A DNA stretch of 54,570 nucleotides from Heterodontus francisci (GCF_036365525.1 NW_027140825.1:1612001-1666570); one strand, 5' to 3'; shown: positions 24,056-36,816, counted from the first letter of the stretch. Notes: generated from the sequence alone by a model not told the origin. Translations and numbers: made by a program.

Positions 24056-24135
24056 CTTTTTTGTATGAGTGTCTATCACTGTGGGGACAGCAGGGACACG
24101 GTGATAAAATCCAATGCAACCTCCGTACAAAAACC
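24056..24135 (+). other. TRBD: TRBD1: 12-RSS, GGGACAGCAGGGA (24084-24096), 23-RSS
   Basis: CTTTTTTGT-12-CACTGTG | D | CACGGTG-23-ACAAAAACC. Confidence 0.97.
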
Positions 24136-24621
24136 TCACTCTGCACACCTGGTGGAGGATGAGCAGAAGAGCAGTGACAACAGAGTAAACGAGTCAACAT
24201 GACCCTGGATTATAACGGGAACTGGGCCCTTTTCATTATAAAGTTGTCTCAGAATGGTCCAGCTTTATAACCTAGAATGTTCCTCTGGAAAAGAGAATAA
24301 CTGTGTGTCATTTGTGTGGAAACTGGTTACTCTTTAACCCTTAAACCCCACCCTGGTGTCCAGGGACCAATATTGATCCCTCAACCAACATCACAAAGAA
24401 TAATCTGCTCATTAATCTCACTGCTGTTTGATGGGACTTCCTTGGTACAATATCAGTTGCTGCGTCTCCCTGTGGTGACCACTTCCTAAACAAACTGCTT
24501 CATTGGCTGTAAGCTGCTTTGTGTGTCCTGATTGTCTTGACCAGTGCTTCCTAAATGCTGAGCAGGTCACTTTTAGCAATCTGTTTCTGACCGGGTTGAT
24601 GTAACGTGATCTGCTGACGTG

Positions 24622-24672
24622 CTACCAACACACCACTCAACTTCGGGACCGGCACCAAACTGACGGTGTTAG
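24622..24672 (+). CDS. TRBJ: J1.1 TNTPLNFGTGTKLTVL
   Basis: GGTTGATGT-12-TGACGTG; FGxG; GTAAG donor. Confidence 0.9.
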
Positions 24673-24914
24673 GTAAGATAATGGGGCGTTTTTTCCCCCA
24701 CTCCCTTCATGTCCAGCTGTTTGCATTCCAAGCTTATTCCCCCCAACCCTCCGCGGGCGGTTTAAAAAGTCAGGCTGATGGCACTCGCCCTTCTTTCTGG
24801 TTTGCAAAGACCAGTCCAATATGACCCTGGCCTCTAAACCACCCCATCCTGTCTCGTTCAGTTACAAGGGGAACATCTCCCGGGTCTGTTCATGACTGAG
24901 TTTAGAGCATCGTG

Positions 24915-24962
24915 CAACAGACATAGCTGACTTCGGCGATGGGACCAAGTTGACAGTGTTGG
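24915..24962 (+). CDS. TRBJ: J1.2 TDIADFGDGTKLTVL
   Basis: TGTTCATGA-12-CATCGTG; GTAAG donor. Confidence 0.9.
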
Positions 24963-25625
24963 GTAAGGCGACTATGTATTTCTGTTCCTCCTATCCATCA
25001 GAATCTATGTTTACATGCGGTTAAAAAATCACCAGGAGTAATGTTCAGATATTAGATACATAAAGGGGTTATATCATGAGGACTGGTTACTCAGACTAAG
25101 CTGACAGTCCCTCGAATATCGAACATTAAGGGCTGATATAATGGAGGGGTTTGAGGTGTTGGATAGATAGAGAGAGAAACTGCTTCCTCAGGTTGGTGAG
25201 GGTGGGGGTGGGGGGGGGGAAGGTTCCCAGAACAGTTTAAATTATCACCTTTCGGGGATGATATCAGGAAGCACTTCTTCACACAAAGGGTAGTGGAAAT
25301 CAGGAACTCTCTCCCCCTCTTCATCTTCCCAAAACAATCTGTTGAGACTGGGGGTCAATTGTTAAATTCATATCCAAGATTGATAGAGCTGTGTAAAACA
25401 GAAGTATTGAGGGTTACAGAACAAAGACAGGATGATGGAGTGAAGATTCAGATCAACCCTGATCTAACTGAATGGTGGAACAGGCTCCAAGGGCTGAACG
25501 GCCACCTTCTGTCCCCATGTTTCTACGGCCTTCACCGGTCATTGACATGATATAAATTTCAATGGAACAGACTTAACAATCTAGAGGCATTGAGGGGGAT
25601 TTTGTGACAGCCCCATACCAGTGTG

Positions 25626-25675
25626 CTCCTATAGCGAAGCATATTTCGGAGATGGGACCAAACTGGTGGTTTTAG
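25626..25675 (+). CDS. TRBJ: J1.3 SYSEAYFGDGTKLVVL
   Basis: GGATTTTGT-13-CAGTGTG; GTGAG donor. Confidence 0.92.
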
Positions 25676-27183
25676 GTGAGTGAATGCATTCCTAATACTG
25701 GAAAAGTTGATTCAATTTGGGAATTCACGTGAGGTGGTCGAGGGAGTGAAACCATAAGAATTTGGTGAATTTGTATCGTCTCTTCAGGTTACGAAGGGAG
25801 ACCTGCAACTGTCGAATTCGTTTCACTGTAGGGAAGGGGTTTGAGTGGATACATAAGGGAGGGTCTCTAAAAGAAACAGAACGAACAGCAATGTAGATAC
25901 AAATAGAATGATTGCGCTTGTGAGAGAAGAACAAGAGGACACAGGCATAGAACGAAAAATGTCAGATTGCATCGTTCAGTATGCAGTTCTGGTCTGCATA
26001 TTATAAAATAAATGATGTAGAGGCTCTGGATAAGGTAAATCAGAACAGATTAACAACTGTGCTGCCCAAACTGGGAAGTTGTAACTATTGGGGAATGTCG
26101 GACAGACTGGGGCTCCTTTCTCGAGAGCAGTGAAGTTTGAGGGGTGACCTGGTCGAGGTCTGCACGATTTTGAAAGCGGGTTCGATAGGGTAGACACACG
26201 GAAGTTTTTTCCACTTGTGGGGAGACCAGAACGGGGGGATCATAAATGTCAGATAGTCAGTAATAAATTCAATGGGGAATTCAGGAGAAATTTCTTTACC
26301 CAGACAGTGGTGCGAATGTGGAACTCACTACCACAAGGAGTGGGTTTAAAAAAGTAGATTGGATAAAAAAAAATGGATTAAATGAAGGGGATGAGAGGAG
26401 TCTCAATGGAGTGCAAACACTGGAATGGAGCAGATGGGCTGAATGGCCTGTTTGTGTGTTGTAAATTCTATGTAATTCTATATATTCCCTCTTGGCCTCG
26501 AGCAGCAATGGATGAAACCATTTTGAGACACACTATTTTCAAGTTACTAATCGAACTGGTGAGCTGTCCATATCCAGTGGACAATGAGGTGTCAAGGGCC
26601 TCATGACCTTTCCTCATTCACCAGGATAATACCGGTATTAAAAGAATTTAATTTCTGACGATGTGTTGTTTAAAGTAGGGTTGCAGTAAATTGAGAATTG
26701 GAGATTCAGGAGTGATCCAATTGATGTGTTTAAGATAATGATAGGATCTGATATTTCCTCTGGTGTGATGGGTCCAGAACAAGAGAGCAAAACCTTAAAC
26801 TGATAGCTAGACCATTCAGGAATGATGTCAAGAAGGACTTGTTTACAAAATGCCCCGTGGAATCCAGAAATCTCTCCCACAGAAAGCTGAGGGGGTCAAT
26901 TGAAAATTTCAAATGTGTGGTTGATTATTTTTTGATCGGCAAAGATGCTAAAGGTTATGGAACCAAGAAGGCAGGTCGAAGGCGTTAAGGTACAAATGAT
27001 TAATAATCTAATTAAATGTCGGAATAAGCACGAAGGGCTGAATGGTCTACTCCTGTTCCCCAGTTGCTATGTTCCTTTGGACAAAAGTTCCTTATACTTG
27101 TCGGTTCTCCCTTATTATGAGGGGCTCCTTTGGAAAAGGACTCAAAGACAGGTGATGTTTTAATACATGAGTTTATCATTGTG

Positions 27184-27233
27184 CTCTGGTGAGATTTATT
27201 ATTTCGGAGCTGGGACGAAACTCACTGTTTTAG
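27184..27233 (+). CDS. TRBJ: J1.4 SGEIYYFGAGTKLTVL
   Basis: TGTTTTAAT-12-CATTGTG; GTAAG donor. Confidence 0.92.
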
Positions 27234-27444
27234 GTAAGATTATGTTTGCACATGTAGATATTTATATATGTAAACATCTCTTTTCATCTGTAAGTCTTTC
27301 TATTTCTTTATCTATCAATGTACCTATCTATTTGTTGGTCTGTGGATCCATCTGTCTGTCTGTTTGTCCATCTATCTATCTATTTGTCTGTCCATAGATC
27401 TGTCTACCCATCGTTGTATTTTGGTATTGTTGTTTAGTTCAGTG

Positions 27445-27501
27445 CGGGCGGGTATACCAACCTGCTACATTTTGGGGACGGGTCCACGTTGACGATTTTG
27501 G
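27445..27501 (+). CDS. TRBJ: J1.5 GGYTNLLHFGDGSTLTIL
   Basis: TATTTTGGT-12-TTCAGTG; GTGAG donor. Confidence 0.85.
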
Positions 27502-27845
27502 GTGAGTTCAGTTTCTTTGTTTTCAATGAAGCAAGGGTCACCTGTAAACATCTTGCAAGAAGGATTGAATGAATAATTGGGAGGGACTTAGAGAAAATCT
27601 CCTATTGTCAGGACTGCCACGGTGGATAACTGACTAAAAGGTCCACATTTAGACGGGGCAGGCAGTCTTGGGAATTCTGAGAGTTATAACTGCAAACTGC
27701 CTGGTTAGTCCACGAGTTTACATTAACTTACAGTTAGCTTGCGTTAACCAGAGGTCACTATCAAATATTAAGGAATGGCCCAGTGAGTTTCTTTTCTTCC
27801 AGAAGAGAGTTGGGGAATGTTTTTGTGATGTGAGGTGATGATGTG

Positions 27846-27903
27846 GGAGCAGGGAGTATTCAACCTATGTATTTTGGAGATGGCACTAAATTAACTGTCC
27901 AGG
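27846..27903 (+). CDS. TRBJ: J1.6 GAGSIQPMYFGDGTKLTVQ
   Basis: TGTTTTTGT-12-TGATGTG; GTAAG donor. Confidence 0.9.
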
Positions 27904-28643
27904 GTAAGTGAGATGTTAGTCAAAATACGTCTCTTACTAGCATTGAAAACGTCGACTAGTTTACTCTCTTCAATTTAAAGAAAGGCGAGAGAATGTGAAA
28001 ACAGGCAAAAGAGTAAGCATTGCATTGAAGAAGCAAGAATGTAAATAGCTAAATGTAGGAGATTGGAGGAGGGCTGGTGAGAGAGGAATTTGCAACCAGA
28101 GATCATGGCTGATCTGATGTTGGCCTCGATCCCTCTTTCCTACCTGTTCTCCATAATCCTTGGCTCCGCTCTCTATCTCAGTTTGAATGCATTCACGGGC
28201 TCAGTCTCCACAGCGCTCTGGAGGAGGGAATTCCAAAGATTCACGACTCCCTGATGGAAGACATTCCTTCTCCACTCCGTCCTAAATGAGCGACCCCTCA
28301 TTCTGAAACTGTGCCCTTTAATTCTACATGGGAACATTCTCTCAGCCTTTACCCTGTCAAGCGCCCTCAGAATCTTAGAATTTCCCAGAAGATCATCTCC
28401 CATTCTTCTTAACTCCAGATGGAGAGCAAACAGCAGACAAAACTGGAGGGAGATGGGAAATTAGATTTAAAACAGTGAAAAAGAGACAGAGACAAGGAGA
28501 TCAATTGTAACAGAATATAAGATAAAGAGCAATAGGGTGGAATAATGAATATAACACAAGGCAAAATGTTCCAACTATGTTCATTAACTATTGTGTATCG
28601 AGTTGAAGAAACGCGAGTTCTGATACAAAAGTGTAACATTGCG

Positions 28644-28695
28644 TCAGGCAACGATGGTTATACTTTTGGGGGTAATTCAAAACTCATGGTTTTAG
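28644..28695 (+). pseudogene. TRBJ: J1.7 SGNDGYTFGGNSKLMVL (probably defective)
   Basis: Heptamer CATTGCG has lost the essential GTG; FGGN instead of FGxG; paralog of J2.7. Confidence 0.8.
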
Positions 28696-30446
28696 GTAAG
28701 TGAGATAGAATCGAATTAGCTCTTTAAAGGAAAGTGGAATCAGAGGGATGTCTAGTTGAAATTTAAAATTATTCAAACCTAGTTGTGGATCTGAGGACCT
28801 TATATAGAAACATACACCTTGTATTTGTGTTCAGACTCCATGCATTACTTCCGAGCCCCATATGGAATATTTCCTGAAACAAACTAGAGACGTATTGTGC
28901 ATGTGGAAATCGACATGTGATAAGTACCTTGGATATCAGAGGTTGAATGGCCTAATCCAGTCCCTAATGTAGCTAAATCGGCGTAATGCGAGTTGATGAT
29001 AGGAGTGAGGTACAGGGACAAATACGTGACAATCAAGAAATTTAGAATAAAGAGTTGAGGAAGCTGGAAAGTACCTTCGTTAAAGAAGGATTGACGAGGA
29101 GTTGAGCAAGGGAGTTAAGCTGAACCTCGATGAATCGCTGGTTAGGTCCCAGCTGGAGAATTGTGGGTGTCACATGTTAGGATGGATGTCAAGGCCTTAG
29201 AGTGGTTGCACGAATGATTTATTCGACTGGTTCCAGCGATGAGGGTCTTCAGTTGCGTCTAGAGACTAGAGCAGAGAAAGTTAAGGGGGGATTTGACAGA
29301 GGTGTCCAAAGCAATGAAGGCTTTGGACACAGTACATGCTCAGAAACAATTTCCAATGCTCGAAGCGTTGGTAAACAAAGGGCACAGAGTTAAGGTAATT
29401 GACAAAATAAACAGGGGTGATATGAAGAATAAAACAATTATGCGGTGTGTTGTTATCTGGAATGCGCTGCCTGAAAGGGTGGTGCAAACAGACTCAATAC
29501 TAACTTTCAAAAGGGGGACTGGACAATTACTTGAAGGGGAAATTATTTCTACTGGTGGATGGGTCAATAAACAAAGGTCAGATATTTAAAATCATTGACA
29601 AAAGATCTACAAGGACAATTACTAGATTCCTTTTCACTCAGAGTTGTCAGAATTTGGGACACTCTAACTGAAGCAGAATGCTGACTCTATGTTTAAATAG
29701 AAGTTACAGGAACATAGGATCATCGGTACACAGGAGCAGGAGTAGTCCATTCGGCCCCTCGAGTCTGTTCTGCCAATCAATGCGATCATGACTGATCAGT
29801 GACCTAACTCTATATACCCCCATTGCCCCATAATCCCTTAATAGCTGTGGTTAACAACAATCTATCAATTTGAGATTTAAAATTGACAATTGTTCCAGCA
29901 GAAGAGAGTTCCAAACTTCTACCATCCTTTATGTGAAAAGATGTTTTCTAATTTCATGCCTGAAAAGTTCTGGCTCTAATTCTTAAACTCTGTCCCGGAG
30001 ATCTAGACTGCACAACCAATGGAGATCGTTTCTCTCCATCTACATCATGCATTCCCCTTAATATCTTGAAAACTTTGCTCAAACCACCCTTTAACCTTCT
30101 CTTTTCCAAAGAATAGGAAATGTCGAATCTTTCCTTGCAATTTAACCCTTGGCGTCCAAGAATCAGTCTGTTTAATCTACACTACACTTCCCCCAAGACC
30201 AGCATATCCTTCCTAATGTCTGGTGCCCATAAATGCTCAGAGGAACTCCAGATGTGGTGTAACCAGGGCTTTGTATAGCTGAAACACGACTTCTACTTCA
30301 TTCTACCTATTAACTATTTTGCTTTACTCGTAACTGCTTTCTGAAATAGCCACGCAGTTGTCAAGGGCAACTAGGGATGGGTAACAAATGCTGGCCTTGT
30401 CAGTGACGCCCACATCCCATGAATGAGCTAAAAAAAATGGCCTCAA

Positions 30447-30625
30447 CCTCCTCCAGCCCCATACAACCCTCCCTATCCCTGTAACCTCATCCAGCCCCCT
30501 ACCACCCTCTCTATGTCTGTAACCACCTCCAGCCCCCTACCACCCTCCCTATTTCTGTAACCTCCTCCAGCCTCTACAACACTCCCTATCTCTGTAACCT
30601 CCTCCAGCCTCTACAACTCTCCGAG
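30447..30625. repeat. About 38-bp tandem repeat (about 5 copies)
   Basis: cctcctccagcccctac..ccctccctatctctgtaa units. Confidence 0.8.
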
Positions 30626-30916
30626 ATCTTTGTGATCCTGAAATTCTGGACTGTCCGATTTTCATCGATCCACCATTGAGAGCTGTGCACGTAACCACTC
30701 AGCTCTGCACCTTTCTTTCCATCCACCTTGACGATACTAACATACATGTTCCTTTTGCATGTCGGAACCCACTGGAAGGGCTGAACAGTCTATTTTTGTT
30801 CCCGTGCTGCTGTCAGCCAATGTTCCTGTACTTGTATGTTCTCCATTGTTGTGAAAGGCTCTCTTGGGATAGAACCACAGAGAGGTGTGAGGTTTTATTC
30901 AGGGAGTTAGCTTTTG

Positions 30917-30958
30917 CTCTGCTGATATTAATACTTCGGAACTGGATCTAAGATTTAG
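30917..30958 (+). pseudogene. TRBJ: J1.8 pseudo-J (J4 paralog)
   Basis: tacttcggaactgga (YFGTG) with deletions, broken heptamer and no GT donor. Confidence 0.75.
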
Positions 30959-31117
30959 GCAATATCCCATCTACATAAATGTGCAAATATCCATTGTTCG
31001 ATCGATCCACAATGTATCTGTGCATCCATCCATGTGTTTAGATATCGATACATTACTTGCTTGAGGCTGTACCTGTCTACCCAACGCTGTGTTTTGGTAC
31101 TGTTGTTTAGTATAGTG

Positions 31118-31174
31118 TAGGCGGGAACGCCCAGCCTCTACATTTTGGGGAAGGCTCGACTCTAACAGTTTTGG
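31118..31174 (+). CDS. TRBJ: J1.9 GGNAQPLHFGEGSTLTVL (J5 paralog)
   Basis: TGTTTTGGT-12-TATAGTG; weak GTGTGT donor. Confidence 0.85.
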
Positions 31175-31695
31175 GTGTGTTAGATGTTTATTCGATTAAG
31201 CCAGGATGGCTGGGTTCCTATTGCCTGTGTCATGCAGATGTTCCGTCCATGGATCTCTGCTCCTTTACTCCAGCAGGAGAGATGAGAATGACAAGGGAAG
31301 AACGTAGGTAAGGCGGTTTCCCGTTACTTTAGTCAGACCAAGACGATAGCCGAACCCCTGCTGTTGACCTTGCTCTGAATCACACGTGAGCCATCTCGCT
31401 AACCGAACTAATCGGTCCCCATCCTGCATGCACAACTTACTTAATAATTATGACGAACTCCAAGTAAAATTGTCCAGTATTGTCAGAGCTGTATCTGTGG
31501 ACATCTGACTAACTGGTCCATACATTGATGCAGAGCCAGTATTGGGAATGTTTCCAGTGTTAATTGCCAACAACCCCGGTTAGTTTATGAGTTTACTTTG
31601 GCCAATGACACTCAAAGGCCAATATCAAATATTAATGATCGGGACAATGCAAATTAGCAGGACGCTATTGAGGAATGTTGTGACATGGTGATGTG

Positions 31696-31753
31696 GGAGC
31701 AGGAAGTAACCATCCATCATATTTTGTAGATGCCACGAAGTTAACGTTCCTGG
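31696..31753 (+). pseudogene. TRBJ: J1.10 pseudo-J GAGSNHPSYFVDATKLTFL (J6 paralog)
   Basis: FGxG lost; nonamer/spacer partly deleted. Confidence 0.8.
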
Positions 31754-33347
31754 GTGATTAGAATATTGGTCGAAATATATCAGTGGGCTCAATCAGCACT
31801 GAAACTGTTGGGCAGTTTGCTCCCTTCCGTTTGAAGAAAGGGGAGAGAACATGAAATTTGTAAAAATAAACCGTAAGCATTACAGTAAAGAAGCAAAGGT
31901 TAAAACAATTAAACACAGAGGAAAGGCGAGGTGGAGAGTGGAGGAAGGCAAGGGAGGCAACCATATACAGAGAGACACAGATGGGGAGCAAAATACAGAC
32001 AAAAATGAACAGGAAAAGTCATTGTTAATTCGTGCTGGGATGCATTTATTGCCCACCCATAATTGCCTTCTGAGTGGTTTGTTGGGCCATGTTTTTATTC
32101 TTGTCATGGGATGTGGGCACCGATGGCAAGGCCAACATTTGTTGCCCATCCCTAATTGCCCTTGAACTGAGTGCTTTGCAATTTCAGAGGGCAGTTAACA
32201 GTCAACTGCATGCTGCAGGTTTGGAGTCCCATAGAAGATGGTAGATGGGTTTTTATGACAATCGACGACAGTTTCATGGCACCCTGACAGATTTTTATGA
32301 ATCAGCTGAATTTAAATCCCATCTGCTGCCATTTGAATTCACACAACCAGAACACTAACCCGGGCTGCTGGATTACTAGCCCAGCAACATTATCATTTTG
32401 CTAGCGTCACGCCTGCGTTCAATGTGGTTTAGGTATTTCCACAGTGTTGTTAAGGAAGGAGTTCCTTTTTTGACCCATTTTCTCAGAGGGCGGATTATTC
32501 ATTTTCAAACATTGCTCGAATCCCCCCAGAAATGTGTCATCAAGCCAGTGGTGATACTGAACACGAGCCTCCTCTCCTCCCCACTACACCATCTAAACTT
32601 CTATTCCATTCTCCCTCATGTCAGGTGCATGGCGATGGGGGTTGGTGTGCAATGAGATCTGCAGGAATGATAACAGCACCGCGCACATCAACACGACACC
32701 TGGGAAACTTGCACTAGTTTGGCAGATATGGGTCTCTCTGAGTGATAAGATAAGAGATAGCAGTGTGAACGATTTACTGTCTAGAGTAAGTGGCTTCTGT
32801 TTGAGGTCCCGTGGCCGGTATGTCCTGAGGTCCTGCACGTTGTAGAAGGTAGAATGTGGGTTATGAAGCAGGTAAGGGATGGGGAACGGGGAGGGGAGAA
32901 GGGGTGCAACAGAGAGATGGAATGGAGAGAGAGAAAGCAAGAGAGAAAGCAAGCAAGAAAAAAACCATGAAAGGAAGGAAGGGAGGAAGGACGGAAGGAC
33001 GGAAGGGAAGGAAGGAAGGAAGGAAGTAGAGGAAAGGAAGGAGGCTTGAGTGGATGAATGGGCCTGTTACTGTGTAAGCAGCTCAAGAGGGGCTGAATGG
33101 GCCTCCTCTTCTTCCTGTGTCACAAGGTCCAGAGGGGCTGAATTGCCTCCTGCTGCACCTGTGTAGCAGGCTGACAAGGGGCGGAATGGCCACCTCCTGT
33201 TCCTGCTAACAGTTTTGAGACGGAATGAACGGCCTTTAATTTTGGTCCAAAGGACTAAAAAACTTTCAGCAGCTCAATCTAATCTGACTTCACCAAGTGA
33301 AGCCCTCGGGAGTCTTTTGAGAGGCAGGGCCTTGCAAAATTTGCGTT

Positions 33348-33427
33348 CTTTTTTGTATGAGTGTCTATCACCGTGGGGACAGGGGGGACACTGTGATAGA
33401 ATCCAATGCAGCCTTCGTACAAAAACC
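33348..33427 (+). other. TRBD: TRBD2: 12-RSS, GGGACAGGGGGGA (33376-33388), 23-RSS
   Basis: CTTTTTTGT-12-CACCGTG | D | CACTGTG-23-ACAAAAACC; core matches the conserved vertebrate D-beta GGGACAGGGGG. Confidence 0.97.
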
Positions 33428-33911
33428 TCGCTCTGCATACCTCGAGGAAGATTAGCAGAAGAGCAGTGGCAACAGAGTAAACGAATAAACATCTCCTCTG
33501 GATTATGGCGGGAGCTGGGCACTTTCAATCTTGTAGATGCCTCAGAATGGTCCAGCTTTATAACGTCGAGCATTCCTCTGGAAAAGAGAATAACTGTGTG
33601 TTATTTGTGTGAAAACTGGTTACTCTTCAACCCCTGAAACACCACCCCGGTGTCCGGGGACCAATATTGATCCCTCAACCAACATCACAATGATCTACTC
33701 ATTAATCTCACTGCTGTTTGATGGGACTTCCTTGGTCCAATATCAGTTGCTCTGTCTCCCTGTGGTGACCACTTCCTAAACAAACTGCTTCATTGGCTGT
33801 AAGTTGCTTTGTGCGTCCTGATTGTCTTGACCAGTGCTTCCTAAAAGCTGAGCAGGTCACTTTTAGCAAACTGTTTTCGACTGGGTTCGTGCAACATGAT
33901 TTGCTGATGTG

Positions 33912-33962
33912 CTACCAGCACACCACTCAATTTCGGGACCGGCACCAAACTGACGGTGTTAG
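33912..33962 (+). CDS. TRBJ: J2.1 TSTPLNFGTGTKLTVL
   Basis: GGTTCGTGC-12-TGATGTG; GTAAG donor. Confidence 0.9.
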
Positions 33963-34331
33963 GTAAGATAAAGGGGTCTTTTGTTCTCTCTACCTTCATG
34001 TCAAGCTGTGTGCATTCCAAGCTTACTGCGCCGCCACCCCCCCCCCCCTCCTCCCCGGACAGTTTAACGAGTTAGGCAGCCGGTTAGATCTGTCTCATGA
34101 CCGCCGAGAATTGCGCCTAATTTCCCTCCTACCACAAGCGTCTGTTTGTCACTTTGGCGGGGTGTTTCTCTCCCCTGGACGACACTGGCCCTTCCTTCTG
34201 GTTCGCAAAGACCAGTCCAACGGGACACCCGCTTGGTGATGTGTTCCACGGTAAACCGCCCGGCACAGACCCGTTTAGTTGCAAGAGGAACAGTTCCCGG
34301 GCCTGTTCATGACTTGGTTTAGACCATTGTG

Positions 34332-34379
34332 CAGGAAGCATAGCTTACTTCGGCGACGGGACCAAGTTAACAGTTTTAG
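34332..34379 (+). CDS. TRBJ: J2.2 GSIAYFGDGTKLTVL
   Basis: TGTTCATGA-12-CATTGTG; GTAAG donor. Confidence 0.92.
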
Positions 34380-34968
34380 GTAAGGGACTCTGTTCTTCCG
34401 ATCAGATTAACATCTAGGTTTATATGCGGTTAAAAAATCACGGGGAGTACGTTCAGATATTAGATGCAGAAAGGGGTTAAATCTTGAGGACTGGTAACTC
34501 AGACTGGTGACAGTCCCTTGAATCTAGATCATTAAAGGGCTGATATAATCGAGGTGCTTGAGGTGTTGGATAGAGAGAGAGAAACTGCTTCTTCAGGTTG
34601 GGGGGAGTCCAGAACAATTTAAATTCCAGCCGTTCAGGGGTGATATCAGGAACTCTCCCCGCACCCCCACAACAAAATAAAATACTGTTGAGACTGGTGG
34701 TCAATTGATAAGTTCAAATCCAAGATTGTTAGAGTTTTGTTAAACAGAAGTATTGAGGGTTACAGAACCAAGGTGGGATGATGGAGTTAAGATTCAGATC
34801 AACCCTGATCTAATTGAATGGTGGAACAGGCTAGAAGGGCTGAACGGCCACCTCCTGTCCCCCTGTTCCAACACCCTTTACGGGCCATTGACACAGTCCG
34901 AACTTCAATGGAACAGACTGAACAATCTAGACTTGAGGGGGATTTTGCGACAGCCCCATACCATTGTG

Positions 34969-35018
34969 TAACGTTGGAGAAGCATATTTCGGTGATGGGA
35001 CCAAACTGGTGGTTTTAG
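34969..35018 (+). CDS. TRBJ: J2.3 NVGEAYFGDGTKLVVL
   Basis: GGATTTTGC-13-CATTGTG; GTGAG donor. Confidence 0.92.
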
Positions 35019-36554
35019 GTGAGTGAATGCCTTCCAAACACTGGAAAAGTTGATTCAATTCGGGAATTCACGTGGGGTGGTTGTGGGAGTGAATATTTAG
35101 CAATTCGGTGAATTAATTTCGACTCTTGGGCTTACAAAGGGAGACCTACAACTGCTGAATTCATTTGGAAAGGGGTTTGAGTGGGGACATAAGGGAGGGT
35201 CTCTAAAATAAACAGTACAAACAGCAATGCAGCTGCAAATGAGAACAAAACAAGAGGACACAGACACAGAACGAAAACTGTCAGATTCAATTCTTCAGTA
35301 TGCCGTTATGAACTGCATATGATTAAAAAAGCAGAGGCTCTGGATAGAGCAAAACAAAACATATTTACAAGTGTGCTCCCAAAATTGAGAGGATATAACC
35401 ACAGGTCAAGAATGAAGAGGCTGGTGCTGTTTTCTCCAGAAAAGAGAAGGCAGAGGGGATAACCTGATCGAGGTCTTTATGATTATGACAGAGGCAAGAT
35501 GATTCCACTTGTTGAGGAGACCAGAACCAGGGGACCATCAATATAAGACAGTCACTAATAAATCAAATATGGAATTCAGGAGAAGCCTTTTCAACCAGAG
35601 AGTGGCGAGAATGTGGAACTCACTACCACAGGGAGTGGGCTGAGGCGAATAGCAGAGATGTATTTAAGAGGGAAGCTGGATAAACATATGGGGGAGAAAG
35701 GAATAAAAGGACCTTTTAAAAGGATGGGGTGAGATGAAGAGGGTGTGAGAAGGATCATGTGGAGCATTTAATCGGCTAGGACGTAGTGGGCTGAATGGTC
35801 TGGTTCGCTGCTGAATCCTCGATATGATTTGATGTATTCCCCATTATCCTAAAGCGTTTGAATGGATGAGAAGTATCAAAGGGGATTTTTTTGTTTGTGA
35901 ATGGACACTGGGTGTTGAATGCACATTGAACGGCCTGGGGAACGTGAGCGGAAAGTCCAGGGCAGATTGCGAATGATCTTTCCTCATTTACCAGAATGAT
36001 GCCGGGATTAAATTATGGGGGCAGGTTGCTTCGAGATGTTGAGCATTGGAGATTAAGGATTGATCCAACTGATGTGTTTAAGATAATGAGAGGATTCGAT
36101 AGGGTAGATAGAGCTGCAATTTACACGGGTGTCAGAGCCCAGAACAAGGGTGAGGGTGGAGGGGAGCATTAGCTTAACCTCAAAGCTTGGCCGTTCAGGG
36201 GTGATGCCAGAAAGGACATAACTGAACAAACGGTGGTGGAAATCTGGGCCTCTCTCCCCTTTGAAACTGCTGAGGCCACAGGGTCAATTGTCACTTCCCA
36301 ATCTGAGAATGATAGAGCCTTGTTAGGAAAAGGGTCTGGAACACAAACAGGCTAATGGGGTTACAATACAGACGATTCATGACCTCACTGAATGTCAGAA
36401 CAAGCTCGACGGGCTGAATGGCCTACTCCAGCTACAGTATTTCTATGTTCCTTTGTGCCAATACTCCTGTAGGTTCTTTCTAGTTGTGAAAGGCTCCTTC
36501 ATGCCACGAGCCAGAGAGAGGTGAGAGGTTTTGATGCAGGGATTTAGCTTTGTG

Positions 36555-36604
36555 CTCTTCTGATATTTACTACTTCGGAGCTGGTACCAAGTTAACTGTT
36601 TTAG
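36555..36604 (+). CDS. TRBJ: J2.4 SSDIYYFGAGTKLTVL
   Basis: GGTTTTGAT-12-CTTTGTG; GTAGG donor. Confidence 0.92.
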
Positions 36605-36759
36605 GTAGGTTACCGTCTATATAAACATCTATTGTTCCATCATCCACAATGTATCGGTCTGTGTATCCATCTTTATGTGTATCGATCTACGTATCTACTT
36701 TTCTGTCGGTGTATATGTCTATCCAAAGGTGTGTTTTGGTAATGTTGTTTAGTATAGTG

Positions 36760-36816
36760 CAGGCGGGAGCTACCAGCCTTTACATTTTGGAGAAGGTTCG
36801 GCTCTAACAGTATTGG
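36760..36816 (+). CDS. TRBJ: J2.5 GGSYQPLHFGEGSALTVL
   Basis: TGTTTTGGT-12-TATAGTG; GTGAG donor. Confidence 0.88.
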
